From Octopus sinensis (Eukaryota), in the NCBI RefSeq assembly GCF_006345805.1, contig NC_042998.1, forward strand, positions 112,158,001 through 112,222,000: a stretch of 64,000 bases of DNA, in the 5' to 3' direction. The position numbers and the translations under genes are program-made. Positions 12,691 through 23,634 of the stretch are shown piece after piece (the first letter of the stretch is position 1; every line of letters begins with the position of its first letter). The notes below the pieces were generated by a model. It worked only from the letters and a program-made list of their open reading frames with translations. It searched no databases and had not been told where the DNA came from.

Positions 12691-12752
12691 GATGCCTACC
12701 ACACGTTGATAATAGGCAATACACCTTGAAACCTAGGTCCGTGTGTGGTATC
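12691..12752 (+). ncRNA. Type I hammerhead ribozyme, U3-A8 variant
   Basis: Stem I GA-UGCC-UACCACACG / CGUGUGUGGUA-UC; core UUGAUAA (12706-12712); stem II U-AGG-CAAUACA-CCU-U; GAAA (12728-12731); palindromic CCUAGG; GUC cleavage triplet with predicted cut at 12739/12740. Confidence 0.78.
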
Positions 12753-13046
12753 GGCTTCTTGGTGAGTGATCTCCCTTTGCAAGATAAAGGACGCCGTGAT
12801 GGCGTCAGGCCTATCTGGTGACGTTGATGTTCGCCTGGGGCTAAATGCAACAGTGACACCCCCACCACCCTGCCCTGTCCCTAGCCATATTCGGTTGGCT
12901 AATATCCCTTATATTACGGAGCAGTCACTGTCTATATCTCATTTAGAGAATTATTATTGCTGTCGAACGGATTTTCGAAATCAGTAAATGTATTTACTTG
13001 AAAATCCTTATATGTATCTTGCAAAGTTGGTCGTTCATCGAGAAGC

Positions 13047-13108
13047 GATGCCTACCACACGTTGATAATAGGCAATACACCTTGAAACCTAGGTCCGTGT
13101 GTGGTATC
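13047..13108 (+). ncRNA. Type I hammerhead ribozyme, U3-A8 variant (second tandem copy)
   Basis: Identical to 12691-12752 shifted by 356; predicted cut at 13095/13096. Confidence 0.78.
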
Positions 13109-13501
13109 GGCTTCTTGGTGAGTGATCTCCCTTTGCAAGATAAAGGACGCCGTGATGGCGTCAGGCCTATCTGGTGACGTTGATGTTCGCCTGGGGCTAA
13201 ATGCAACAGTGACACCCCCACCACCCTGCCCTGTCCCTAGCCATATTCGGTTGGCTAATATCCCTTATATTAATATATATATATATATATATATATACGA
13301 TTATTCATAGTCATATGTACACAAATGTATACATATATTTATATACACTTGTACATACAAGCATGTGTGTGTAAGTGTGTAAGTTTACATATATGTGTGC
13401 TTACATATACGAACATATACATGTTATTTTGGGGAGCGGTGTTATGTTCATTGAACTTGATTCTATAAAATTAGACCTCTGTCATATTTAGCACTCAATA
13501 A

Positions 13502-13710
13502 AGCCGCCAACTAGCAAAATCGTCGGTGTGCCGGACAAAATGCTTAGTGACATTGCTTCCGGCTTTACGATCTGAGTTTAAATTCCGCCGACGTCGACTT
13601 TGCCTTTCGAAGTCGATAAAATAAGTACCAATTAAGCACTCTGGTTCATGTAATCGACTAGCCCCCACCGTCAAAATTTCAGGTCTTGTACTGACAGTAG
13701 AAAGATTATA
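13502..13710 (+). mobile_element. Family A tRNA-derived SINE
   Basis: Head agccgccaactagcaaaatcgt, B box ctgagtttaaattccgccga, core gtcgactttgcctttc...gtcgataaaataagtacc. Confidence 0.8.
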
Positions 13711-13732
13711 AAAAATACTTTTCAATACAAAA

Positions 13733-13893
13733 GGCGCAGGAGTGGCTGTGGGGTAAGTAGCTTGCTTACCAGCCACATGATTCCGGGTTCAGTCCCATTG
13801 CGTGGAACCTTGGGCAAGTGTTTTCTACTATAGCCTCGGGCCGACCAAAGCCTTGTGAGTGGATTTGGTAGACGGAAACTGAAAGAAGCCCGT

Positions 13894-13942
<49 letters not shown>

Positions 13943-14142
13943 ACGTTTGTGTGTCTGTGTGTGTTCTCCCAACACACCACCAACAACCGATGCTGGTGTG
14001 TTTACGTCCCCGTCACTTAGCGGTTCGGCAAGAGAGACCGATAGAATAAGTACTAGGCTTACGAAGAATAAGTCCTGGGGTCGATTTGCTCGACTAAAAG
14101 GCGGTGCTCCAGCATGGTCGCAGTCAAATGACGGAAACAAAT
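13733..14142 (+). mobile_element. Full-length tRNA-derived SINE, family B (internal TA/TG microsatellite, LINE-like tail)
   Basis: A box tggctgtggggtaag and B box ggttcagtccc; body ccttgggcaagtg...ggatttggtagacggaaactgaaagaagcccgtcg, then (TA)n(TG)n; tail ggcggtgctccagcatggtcgcagtcaaatgacggaaacaa. Further copies at 30.6, 36.4, 56.3 and 60.1 kb. Confidence 0.9.
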
Positions 14143-15331
14143 AATTGAATACAAGATATGTAGTTTATATTATTTTACTTATGGTTTATCACTACGACCC
14201 TTTCAACCTACAACAGTGAGATTGAAACCTTGGTAGTGACAAGCCTTTTATAAGACTTCAACAGAGGTGAAGCAACCAAATCAGGACACTTGCAGAGCAT
14301 ATATAATGTAAACATGATTATTATATGGTACTATTGGTTACAATTTTCATTAAAGCAGAAAATATACCACAGCGAAATCCACAGAAAAAAAAAGAAGATG
14401 GAGTGTCTATAAAACCAGCCCACAACTTAATCAGTAAGCTTAGTTTTGATTTCAACCCAATATAGCTACCCTTAATGAAAATGAGTTTATATAGCTGATA
14501 AATTGACGTATAAACTATACAACAACGTTCTTAATTTCAATCCAAACTTGAACACATGTAACCGTATGAAATAGTTCATGGTAAATAGAAACTAAACCGT
14601 ACCGGGCATAATATTTTACAATTAAAAAACAGAATAAAATTGCAATAAATATAAGGGTTCGTCGCCCTTTCTAATAATTTGTGGTAATGTGAGGAATTTT
14701 TTATTAGGATTTTTTTTTCCTTCAAAGTTGTCTCCAAGTCATAATTTTTAATTAACGTCAATTTAATCTTCACTCTCAAGTTGCACACTTAATTTTCTAT
14801 TCTTGCTGGGTATTCATTACATTTAATACTGGTTACTTGTTTAAAATGCTAACAGCAAACTCAAGAACGTTCCAATGGAATTCTCCACTGCTCTGCTACA
14901 CAGAAGAAAGAAATATTTATCTTACGCAACTTCGACTTGCGCTTAATTTCATGATATTGTTTTTGATAAAGATATCTGTTTTTATGGGATTTTTTTGTTT
15001 TTGTTTGATTTCGTTGCACTTTAGCTTTTAGTTTGAGTGTAGAAGGGAAGAGAAAGAGAGAGAGAGAGAGGTCATGGGTGCAGACAGAGCTATGTGATCA
15101 AGACGTTTGCTTTACAGCACGGCTCCAGGTTCAATCTTACGCAGAGGTGTCTTAGGCAAGCCTTTTTGCATTCGCGTCGCGAGTGAAGTTTACCGCTTCT
15201 CACCTTAAATATTTACTGCCTCTTATGGTCTTCGTTCACCAAGCAAAACTTTATATGCGCTACAGAAATCGAACATACAAACACTCAGTCACACACACAC
15301 ACACACGCACACACATACACACACGCGCGCG

Positions 15332-15365
<34 letters not shown>

Positions 15366-16224
15366 TTTACACGCATGAAGCTAAATAAATGGCATGATAA
15401 GGTTTGATTTCTGGGACCGTCTCTTTATTTTCCACCACCCTGAGCGCCACATTATTTGTACAGCGTGAAGAATATTCCATCAACACTGTCCAAATGATAC
15501 CGGTATGAGTTTCACAAGTCAAGCAAGGCTTTGTCCAAGGGCCATATATCATCTGCAAAAATTGAGCTCCTGCTGTAATCAATAATTACTCCGAAAGTAA
15601 ATCAAAAATGAAGACCCCATAACGCTCAATCGGTACCTGAACAAATCCGTCCAACTCATTTCAGACAAGCACCTATACCTAGTAAATAACAACTGTGAAG
15701 TCCTGAAGCATGGCTTGAAAGATTACCTCACGTGGTGCCATTAAATTAGAAGTAGACTGATTCAACAATGGTCAAAAACCTATCTAGTTAATCTCAGTTA
15801 TGTATATAAGTATGTGTGTATGTATGTATGTTTGCATGTATCTATGCATGCATGTATGTATATCTGTATGTATGTATGTACGTATGTGTGTGCGCACGCG
15901 CGCGCGTGTGTGTGTGTGTGTGTCTGTCTGTCTGTGTGTGCGAGCGCGTGTCTGTACAGGTGTGAGTGCGTGCGTACTTTCTGTATCGGCGTGTAGTTCA
16001 CAACTTCTACATCAATCAATGATACCTTCGTATATTTCTTTAGTTCCATCCAAGATATTTTCTTTTACACCTAAGTCCATTACGGTAGGAGATCAATAGA
16101 TAGGTACTAGTTTACCGTATTGCAGGTCGATAAAAATCGCCTAAAATCTCTTGAAGACAGTACATTTGTATGGCTGCTAACCAAAATCTTCGAACAGTAT
16201 AGTACTACAAGTTGTCGTAATAAT

Positions 16225-16409
16225 GATTTCAAATTTTGGCACAAGGCAAACAGTATTTTTTTCTTTTCTTTTTGTGGGGAGTAAGTCGATTGTATCGACC
16301 CCAGTAGTCAAAGTCGGCCTCGGTGGAATTTGAACTCAGAATGTGAAGAAGGACGAAATGCCTCTAAGCATTTTGCCCGGCGTGCTAAAGTGTCTGTCAG
16401 CTCGCCGCC

Positions 16410-16410
<1 letters not shown>
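16225..16410 (-). mobile_element. Family A SINE (internally deleted)
   Basis: ggaatttgaactcagaatg...gcattttgcccggcgtgctaa...cagctcgccgcct; the head abuts the (AAT)n tract. Confidence 0.85.
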
Positions 16411-16488
<78 letters not shown>

Positions 16489-16494
16489 TAATAA
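16411..16494. repeat. (AAT)n microsatellite (5' flank of Dong-like LINE)
   Basis: About 25 AAT units. Confidence 0.95.
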
Positions 16495-16497
16495 GAA

Positions 16498-16611
16498 GAC
16501 AGAGCTGAATGCGAGACAGAGCTGAATGCGAGACAGAGCTGAATGCGAGACAGAGCTGAATGCGAGACAGAGCTGAATGCGAGACAGAGCTCAAGACAGA
16601 GCTGAATGCGA
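16498..16611 (+). repeat. 17-bp tandem reiteration (gacagagctgaatgcga x5, a partial, then the template copy) at the LINE 5' junction
   Basis: Units at 16498, 16515, 16532, 16549, 16566, partial at 16583, and the LINE-internal copy at 16595. Confidence 0.95.
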
Positions 16612-17843
16612 GAAACAGGATCGAAGCGATCAATGCATTAGGCATACCAGTTGTGACTTACAGTTTCAATATCGTTAACTGGTCAATTACTGAAATATGT
16701 AATCTTGACAGAAAAATTCGAAAACTGTTGACAATGCATAGAATGCACCACCCTAAGGCAGATACAGAACGACTTTATCTGCCAAGAAAAGAGGGAGGCC
16801 GTGGACTTTTACAACTGGCAATAACAATGAAGATTGCTACAATTGGCCTAGACAACTACCTGAAAAACTCTGAGGACTGGATGTTAAAACTTGTCTCAAA
16901 ACATGAAAACAAGAAAGCATCATACTCAGTAACAAAACAGGCAAAGGAATATCTAAGTGAATTCCGAATACAAAAAATTTCGGAATTAGAGATAGTCATA
17001 CAAGAAACAGGCACAGAAAAAGCTAAGCGCATGAAAACCCGTGCTAAATCTGCGGCCTTAGATATTCTGAATGATAAATGGCAAGAAAAACCTCTCTATG
17101 GCAAATACCCAAAGAGAGCAAATAATGCAGATGTTGACAAAGCCCTGACCCATCAATGGCTAATGGCCTCTGGCTTAAAATCTGAAACAGAGGGGTTTAT
17201 CATAGCAGCTCAAGATCAATGCCTACCAACAAGAAACTACCAGGCCAACATATTAAAGATCAGATGCAGTCCAACGTGTCGTGTATGCCAGCAACAAAAT
17301 GAAACCATTGACCATGTGGTCTCCAAGTGCAGTCTTCTAGCGCCTACAGAGTATCTCAGCAGACACGATAGAGCTGCACAATATATTCACTGGGTAATCT
17401 GCAAAAACCTGGACTTGCCCCATGAAAAAAACTGGTGGGAACACAAACCACCCCCAGTGCTTGAAAATGACCACATCTCACTCCTCTGGAACTTCACCAT
17501 TCAAACTGATAGAAAGATAGATGCGAATAGGCCAGGCATTATATTAAAAGACTTCAAACAAAAATCTTGCCTCCTCATTGATATGACTGTCCCAATCGAT
17601 ATAAACGTATCTGTCAAGACCTACCTAAAACTGAGCAAATATAAAGATCTTGAAATAGAAATCAGCAAAATGTGGAACCTGAAGACTAAAACAATACCTG
17701 TTGTCATAGGTGCCCTGGGAATGATAGCAAAAGGGGCTGATCGCTACCTAACTCAGATACCAGGAAACCCCAAAATGGCAGAAATTCAAAAGATAGTGCT
17801 CATGGGAACTGCTCATATCCTACGCAAAATACTTTCTATGTAA
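16592..17843 (+). CDS. C-terminal part of Dong/R4 ORF (RT thumb, CCHC, restriction-like endonuclease); 5'-truncated, no true start
   Basis: ORF track 16560..17843, 427 aa with no stops; the listed start lies in the 17-bp reiteration. Confidence 0.85.
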
Positions 17844-18056
17844 TCTCAAGGTTTAAAACAAACAATTTTCGGTTTTAAAAAAAAAATTTAAAAAATTTTT
17901 TTTTTTTAGACATTCATTAGTACAACACCAAAAGCTACCCCCCAAATATATGGCACACTAGGCATAACAACAACATGAACTTCCTACCTGTTGTCTCTTG
18001 AGGTCTCTGGGTGAGACTTGGAGCCAACTTGTACAAATAAAAAGCAAAACGCAAAC

Positions 18057-18059
<3 letters not shown>

Positions 18060-18099
<40 letters not shown>

Positions 18100-18145
18100 T
18101 AATAATAATAATAAAATAATAATAATAATAATAAATATTGTTATA

Positions 18146-18176
<31 letters not shown>

Positions 18177-18200
18177 ATTTTATTATTATTATTATTATTC
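18060..18200. repeat. (AAT)n followed by (ATT)n: inverted microsatellite between the two Dong 3' ends
   Basis: aataat... to about 18135, short spacer attgttatattt, then ttattatt... to 18199. Confidence 0.95.
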
Positions 18201-21031
18201 AGTAGTATATTTTTGATATCGTGCTTTCACTTCACTACCGAGCGCAGCTCTGTGTGCCTTGGATATGTGCTGTGATTTGTTGTGATGCTCTGATGGTTAT
18301 TGTATGAAAAGTGTTCTGCGTAGGATGTGTGCAGTGCCTAGTAGTGCAATTTTCTGTATGTTATATGTGTCTGTAAGTCCTGGTGTTTTTGTTATGTATT
18401 TGTCTGAATATTTTTTTATCATGCCTAATGCACCTATTATGATAGGAATTGTTTCTACTTTTAGATTCCACATTCTGGTTACCTATATTTCCAGGTCTTT
18501 GTATTTTGAAAGTTTCTCCATTTCTTTTAGAGACACGTTGTCATCTGCTGGTATTGATACATCAATTAGAAAGCAATTTTTTCTTCATAATCTCTGACAA
18601 CTATATCTGGTCTGTTGGCCTTAATTTCTCTATCTGTGTGTATTGGCATATCCCAGAGTATGGTTGCTTCCTCGTTTTCTGTGACCTTTTCTGGTGTGTG
18701 CCTATACCATCTTTTTTCTGTTGTTATTCCATAATGTTGGCATAGTTTCCAGTGTATATAGGTCCCAACTCTGTCGAGTCTGTGAATATATTCCTTCTTA
18801 GCCAGGACTGGGCAGCTAGAGATAATATGATTTATTGTTTCTTGTCCATCTCCACATATTTTGCAGTTACTTGTTATATTTCTTTTCATTGCGTGTTTTT
18901 GGTAATTTCTGGTGGGGAGGCTTTGGTCTTGTGCTGCAATTAAAAATCCTTCTGTCTCTGCTTTGAGTCCTGAGCTTCTCAACCATTGCTGGGATTTTTC
19001 TTTGTCTATTTCTTTTGCATTTAGTTTAGTCCAGTAGTTGCCATGAAGGGGTTTTTCTTGCATCGTTTTATCATGGTTCGTTGCTGTTCTATTTTTAGTT
19101 TGGATTTCATTTGTTTTATAGCTTTTGTTGTTTCTTCTTCTTCTTCTTCTTCTTCTTCTTCTTCTTCTTCTTCTTCTTCTTCTTCTTCTTCTTCTTCTCT
19201 TCTTTTCTTCTTCTTCTTCTTCTTCTTTCTTTTTCTTCTTCTTCTTCTCTTCTTCTTCTTCTTCTTCTTCTTCTTCATATTTGTTAGGTGGTATGATTTT
19301 GTTTGTCAGCTTCCTAAATACTGAAAACAGTTTTTTGTTTTACTCGTGTTTTGCCGCTATTTGTATCAGTTTTCCTTCCTTCTGAAGTAGATATTTTTGC
19401 AGTCCTATGGTGGTTATTTTATAGTAGTTTCCAGCTGTATAAGGCCTACCACCTTCTATACGTTGTATATATAGCCTTTCTATGTCAGATTTGGGGTGAT
19501 GCATCCTAGATCCTGTCATTATTTTTCTTGTTTTCCTCTATTTTGGTCAGTTCATTTAGTGTCCAGTTAAGGATATTGTAGCTGTAACTTATAACTGGGA
19601 CGGCTAAAGTGTTGATACCTATTATCATGTTTTTAGCATTGAGCTCTGTTTTCAGTATTGATCTAACTCGTCAATAATATTCTTTTTTTATTTTCTCTTT
19701 CATTTGTGTGTGTTGTGTCTTATCTAGTTCATGGATTCCTAAGTAGTTGTAAGTTTGGCTTTGGTCTAATTCTTTTATTTCATTGGTTTTATCTAGTGTG
19801 ATGTTGCTACTCTTAATTAGTTTTCCTCTTTTCAGGGTTACTTTGGCGCATTTCTCTAATCCAAATGTCATATCTATTTCTTTGGTAAATCCATGAACTG
19901 TCTTTAGTAGTGTTTCCAGCTGTTTGTCATTTGTAGCGTATAATTTTAGGTCATCCATATATAAAAGGTGGCTGATCTTTTTGCCGTAACATTTATATCC
20001 GCATCCAGTTCTGTTTAGCATATCCGATAGAGGTGACAGTGCCAAGCAGAAAAGGAGTGGAGAGAGCGTATCTCCCTGGAATATTCCTCTTCTAATAGGG
20101 ATGTCTTTGGTTTTCACAAGTCCCTCTTTTGTTTGGAGCTGTAGCACTGTTTGCCATTTATTCATAGAGTGTCCTATGTACTTTATAATTGTTGGTGCAA
20201 CTTTGTTCATGGCTAGTGTTTCGAGAATCCATGTGTGGGGGATGCTATCAAACGCCTTTTTGTAGTCGATCCAGGCCATACTGAGGCCTTTCTTCTGTCT
20301 GTGGCTGTCTTTAGTTATGGCTTTATTGATAATTAGTTGATCTTTACAGCCATATGAGCCTTTGCGGCATCCTTTCTGCTCTTCTGGAAACAGGTTGTTT
20401 TCTTCCAGGTGCTTGTTCAATCTTTGCGATTTTACTGCAGTAAATGCTTTGTACATCGTAGGGAGACAGGTTATAGGTCTGTAGTTTTCTGGTTTTGCTG
20501 TCTCATTTGATTTGGGAATTAAGATGGTTTTCCCCTTCGTGAGCCATTCAGGCATTGTCTCTGGCTCTGCCAGTATGTTGTTAAAATTTTCAGCCAGCTT
20601 TTGTGCATTCCTGTTAGATATTTCAACCAGGTGCCTTCCAGTTGCTTAGTCTTTGCAGTGCCTGGGTGACCTCTTCAGTTGTTATGGGGGTCCAAAGTTG
20701 CTCAGATGCTGTTTTTGTTGTTTTAATACTCCTTTTTTTTGGGTGTTCGTTCGCCGACCATATTTCTCTCCAGAATTCTTCCACTTCTTCTGCCGTTGGT
20801 GCTGCAGTGATTTCTATTTTATTTTTGCCAAGTTCTTGGTAGAACTTTTTGGGGTTGGAGTTGAACTGTTTGTTTTGTTCAAAAAACGTTGGCGTTTCTC
20901 GTACCGGCGGATCCTTTGTGCTTTGGCAAGGATATCTTGATTCAGCTTTTCTTTTATCTCAGGTAAATCTTTTTCTGTGGTGTTGTATTTGCGGAGTATT
21001 TTTGTTTTCTTTTTGTTGCTCAGTAGCGTTG
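18200..21031 (-). mobile_element. 5'-truncated R4/Dong-clade LINE, copy 2 (different subfamily, with stops and frameshifts)
   Basis: RT ORF 19671..20555 (YRPITCL, WIDYKKAFDS, GIFQGDTLSP, YMDD); C-terminal 18566..19063 with CKICGDGQETINHIISSC and ANRPDIVV. Both flanks are (ATT)n/(AAT)n. Confidence 0.95.
19671..20555 (-). pseudogene. Reverse transcriptase domain of Dong/R4 copy 2
   Basis: 294-aa ORF with the complete RT palm motifs including YMDD; ends at a premature TGA (EYY*RVR). Confidence 0.9.

Positions 21032-21110
<79 letters not shown>
21032..21110. repeat. (ATT)n(AGT)n microsatellite at the 5' junction of Dong copy 2
   Basis: Directly visible. Confidence 0.95.
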
Positions 21111-21119
21111 TTTCTAATT

Positions 21120-21330
21120 TTTTAGTACAAGGCCAGCAATTTTGAAGGAAGTGGGCAAGATGATTTCATCGACATCTTTACTTGACTGGTACTGTATTTT
21201 TCGCCCTAGAAAGGATAAAAGTTAACTTCAGTGAGGTTTGAACTCCACTTAGAAGCCATAAAAAGTCGTAGCAAACTTCGCTAAGCATTTTTGTCCAACG
21301 CACTCGCGATTTTTCTAGCTTGCTGCCTTG
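21120..21330 (-). mobile_element. Diverged family A SINE
   Basis: acaaggccagcaattttg tail, actggtact, ggtttgaactc, gctaagcattttt and gcttgctgcc head motifs. Confidence 0.6.
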
Positions 21331-22459
21331 ATAATTATAATGGAACTAACTGATCTCGTACCTCTATCACCCAGGCACCTCTGATCCGCTCGTAACCTTT
21401 GTTGAGTCCACTCCACTCCACTTACACTTTCCACAACTCCCTGTTTTTTCTCTCCAGAACATTGGCCCGTTTGAATCTCCTCCTTACTCATATTTTTCTT
21501 GTATGTATTAACCTGCAACACTTTAAACGGAACACTGACGACTTCAATCTCACCGGTTTCGGGAAGCCTGCAAGGCCCATGGGCACTGCTTTTTCTCCAG
21601 ACGCAGCAAGTAAAAAAAAATTAAAAACTCCCTCTTTAAATGTTTTACATTCAAATTTTCTATAGTCTGTGTCAAACTTTTAGTTAGTGGATGTATGTTT
21701 GATATTTTACGATGATTACAGTGTTTTAAATTAGCTGACCTTATGAAAAAGAGCTTAAATACCCGTGAATTGATAGTATATCACTGCTCCGCTGCATTCT
21801 AGCTTCCTTTAATTTTCATTAATTTAAAAACCGTTTTTTTTTTCATGCCAAAGGCATCCAGGACTACGTTACTCAAAGTGTCCTTCGCACTTTTAAGCCA
21901 TAACCTGCGAGGGTTTTGACTGCTATTTCTAGCATATCATATGAGCACATAAATCTCAGTTATTACCGTTGTTACGTGACTGTTGGCAAGAAACTAAACA
22001 GTAATTAGATACATAACTGAGGCAAGAACTTAACCAATTACCAACTTTATTACTAGAAAATGTTTTCGAGACTTCTAACATTTGGTCTTATTTTATTTCT
22101 TCCCCACCCAACTTTTTTTTATTTCTAACTCTACTGAGGTGTATCTGATGTGTTCCTACACGAAGCTTCAACTGAAAGAGAATTCCTGTATGTCCTAGCA
22201 ATAACGGTGAAAATATTCAGTTTAAAGAAGAATGGAAAATGATACCAGAGAATTCAGCCTATTAAAAAATTACTTGAGAAATTGAATTGAGAAACACGAT
22301 AGTGTTGGTCTTTGTAAGATATTTATATAACAAGCATCAGTCAGCTTCTTTACTATTTTTCAGTTGTTACATAAGTGGAAGAAAGTAAATCTATCCTGGA
22401 TGGATAACGGGCTTTACGTTTAACTAGACATAAACGACATATGGTATACATAAATACTA

Positions 22460-22659
22460 AATATGTGTGTGTGTGTGTGTGTGAGAGAGAGTGTGTGAAT
22501 GCAGGTACATATGTATATATATATATATATATATGTATATGTACACACATATGTGTATATATAAACATGAATATATATATATATATGTTTATATATACAT
22601 ATATACACATACATTCATATACATATCTAAGATTGTACATATGTACATATATATGTATA

Positions 22660-22708
<49 letters not shown>

Positions 22709-22780
22709 GCACGAATTTATGTATGTATTTATATATATATGTCTGTGAACGAGTTGTGTGTGTGTGTGTGTGTGTGAAAT
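22460..22780. repeat. TG/TA/CA compound microsatellite
   Basis: Directly visible. Confidence 0.9.
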
Positions 22781-23015
22781 ACACTTAGAAGACGAGAGAG
22801 TAAACCAGTGCCCGCCAGTTAGCTGTACTTTCAACTAACCTTCCTGTGCAATGAGTACCCGAAGAAAGATAAGATTTTAATAGTCTCTTGACATTAATGC
22901 AAAAACTCTCTAACTTCCAAATCTCTTTATTTCTGATGCTATATCTTATATTTCTTCCAATCTCGCTTTCTGTCTCTCTATCTATATTTTTTTCTTTCTT
23001 TTGCCTCGCCGTGAT

Positions 23016-23048
<33 letters not shown>

Positions 23049-23599
23049 TAAAAACAGCCGTTTACTCGTTGCTACTATTCCCTTTCACTGACGCCTATCT
23101 TTACATAGGACTTTGCAACTTTCTGAGAGAACTTGACATGTCCATTGTACATAGCGATATGGAAACAACCTTACTCCCAAATGTCCGTATTACTTCCATA
23201 ACCCACCCCATCTAACTCAATTCACATATCGGTGACAAACATATGGAAAACGCTGGACCATTGGCTCTATATTACAGGCAAGTCAAAGATCAAATAGTCA
23301 GAGATCGACTGATAATACTCATATAAACCAGTACAGACTGTCCGTGGTCAATCTGTCGGTTACCAAACGGCCTGCTCCGATCAGGTAGAATTAGTAAAGA
23401 AATTGATCGTCGGGAAAATAACAAAATTTGTTAAGGAGTGCAGATGGCCATCCCTTTTATGTTGTGAATATACAAGTCTCACATAAGTTAACTGCTTTTA
23501 GTCTTTTCCGATAACATAATGTACTAGGTCGATTTAAATAACTATCACCGACCAAAACCTTAGATGTATGACTTCCTTCCTAAGTTGGAAACAACAGCG

Positions 23600-23601
23600 A
23601 T

Positions 23602-23634
<33 letters not shown>

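Larger units (their letters stand above)
12211..13272. mobile_element. Retrozyme-like element: 356-bp unit, about 2.1 direct copies (12531-13272) plus one inverted 315-bp copy (12211-12525), inserted in (TA)n
   Basis: Unit starts at 12531, 12887 and 13243 (period 356). 12211-12525 is the reverse complement of 12647-12961. Copies read as identical, and each carries a hammerhead motif. Confidence 0.85.
16495..18060 (+). mobile_element. 5'-truncated R4/Dong-clade non-LTR retrotransposon, copy 1
   Basis: ORF carries RT-thumb RLYLPRKEGGRGL, the CCHC knuckle CRVCQQQNETIDHVVSKC, RHD, and an RLE domain (NRPGII..LID..KYKDL). It has a 3' UTR and (AAT)n on both sides. Confidence 0.95.

Noticed and set aside
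12304-13310. Repeated short ORFs MVGVSLLHLAPG... and MISLCKIKDAV...
   Set aside because: They are by-products of the 356-bp unit, present on both strands with no recognisable motifs. The RNA structure explains the sequence better.
13733-13810. tRNA genes at SINE heads (also 48780, 53385, 1440-1518)
   Set aside because: A and B boxes are present but no complete cloverleaf was seen, and each continues into a SINE body and tail.
14180-14242. GAAACCUUGGUA-GUGA with upstream UCAC
   Set aside because: No CUGANGA-like core between the putative stem I strands.
15420-15515. Possible small exon (pyrimidine tract-AG ... CCG|GTATGA, frame ATLFVQREEYSINTVQMIP)
   Set aside because: No recognisable homology or neighbouring exons; such signals occur by chance.
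16498-16611. 17-bp repeats as a CRISPR-like array
   Set aside because: There are no spacers, the unit is LINE coding sequence, and the context is eukaryotic.
21540-21610. Minus-strand CUGGAGA...GAAACCGGUG hammerhead-like motif
   Set aside because: G at position 17, A6G, weak stem II and no stem I; too degenerate to call.
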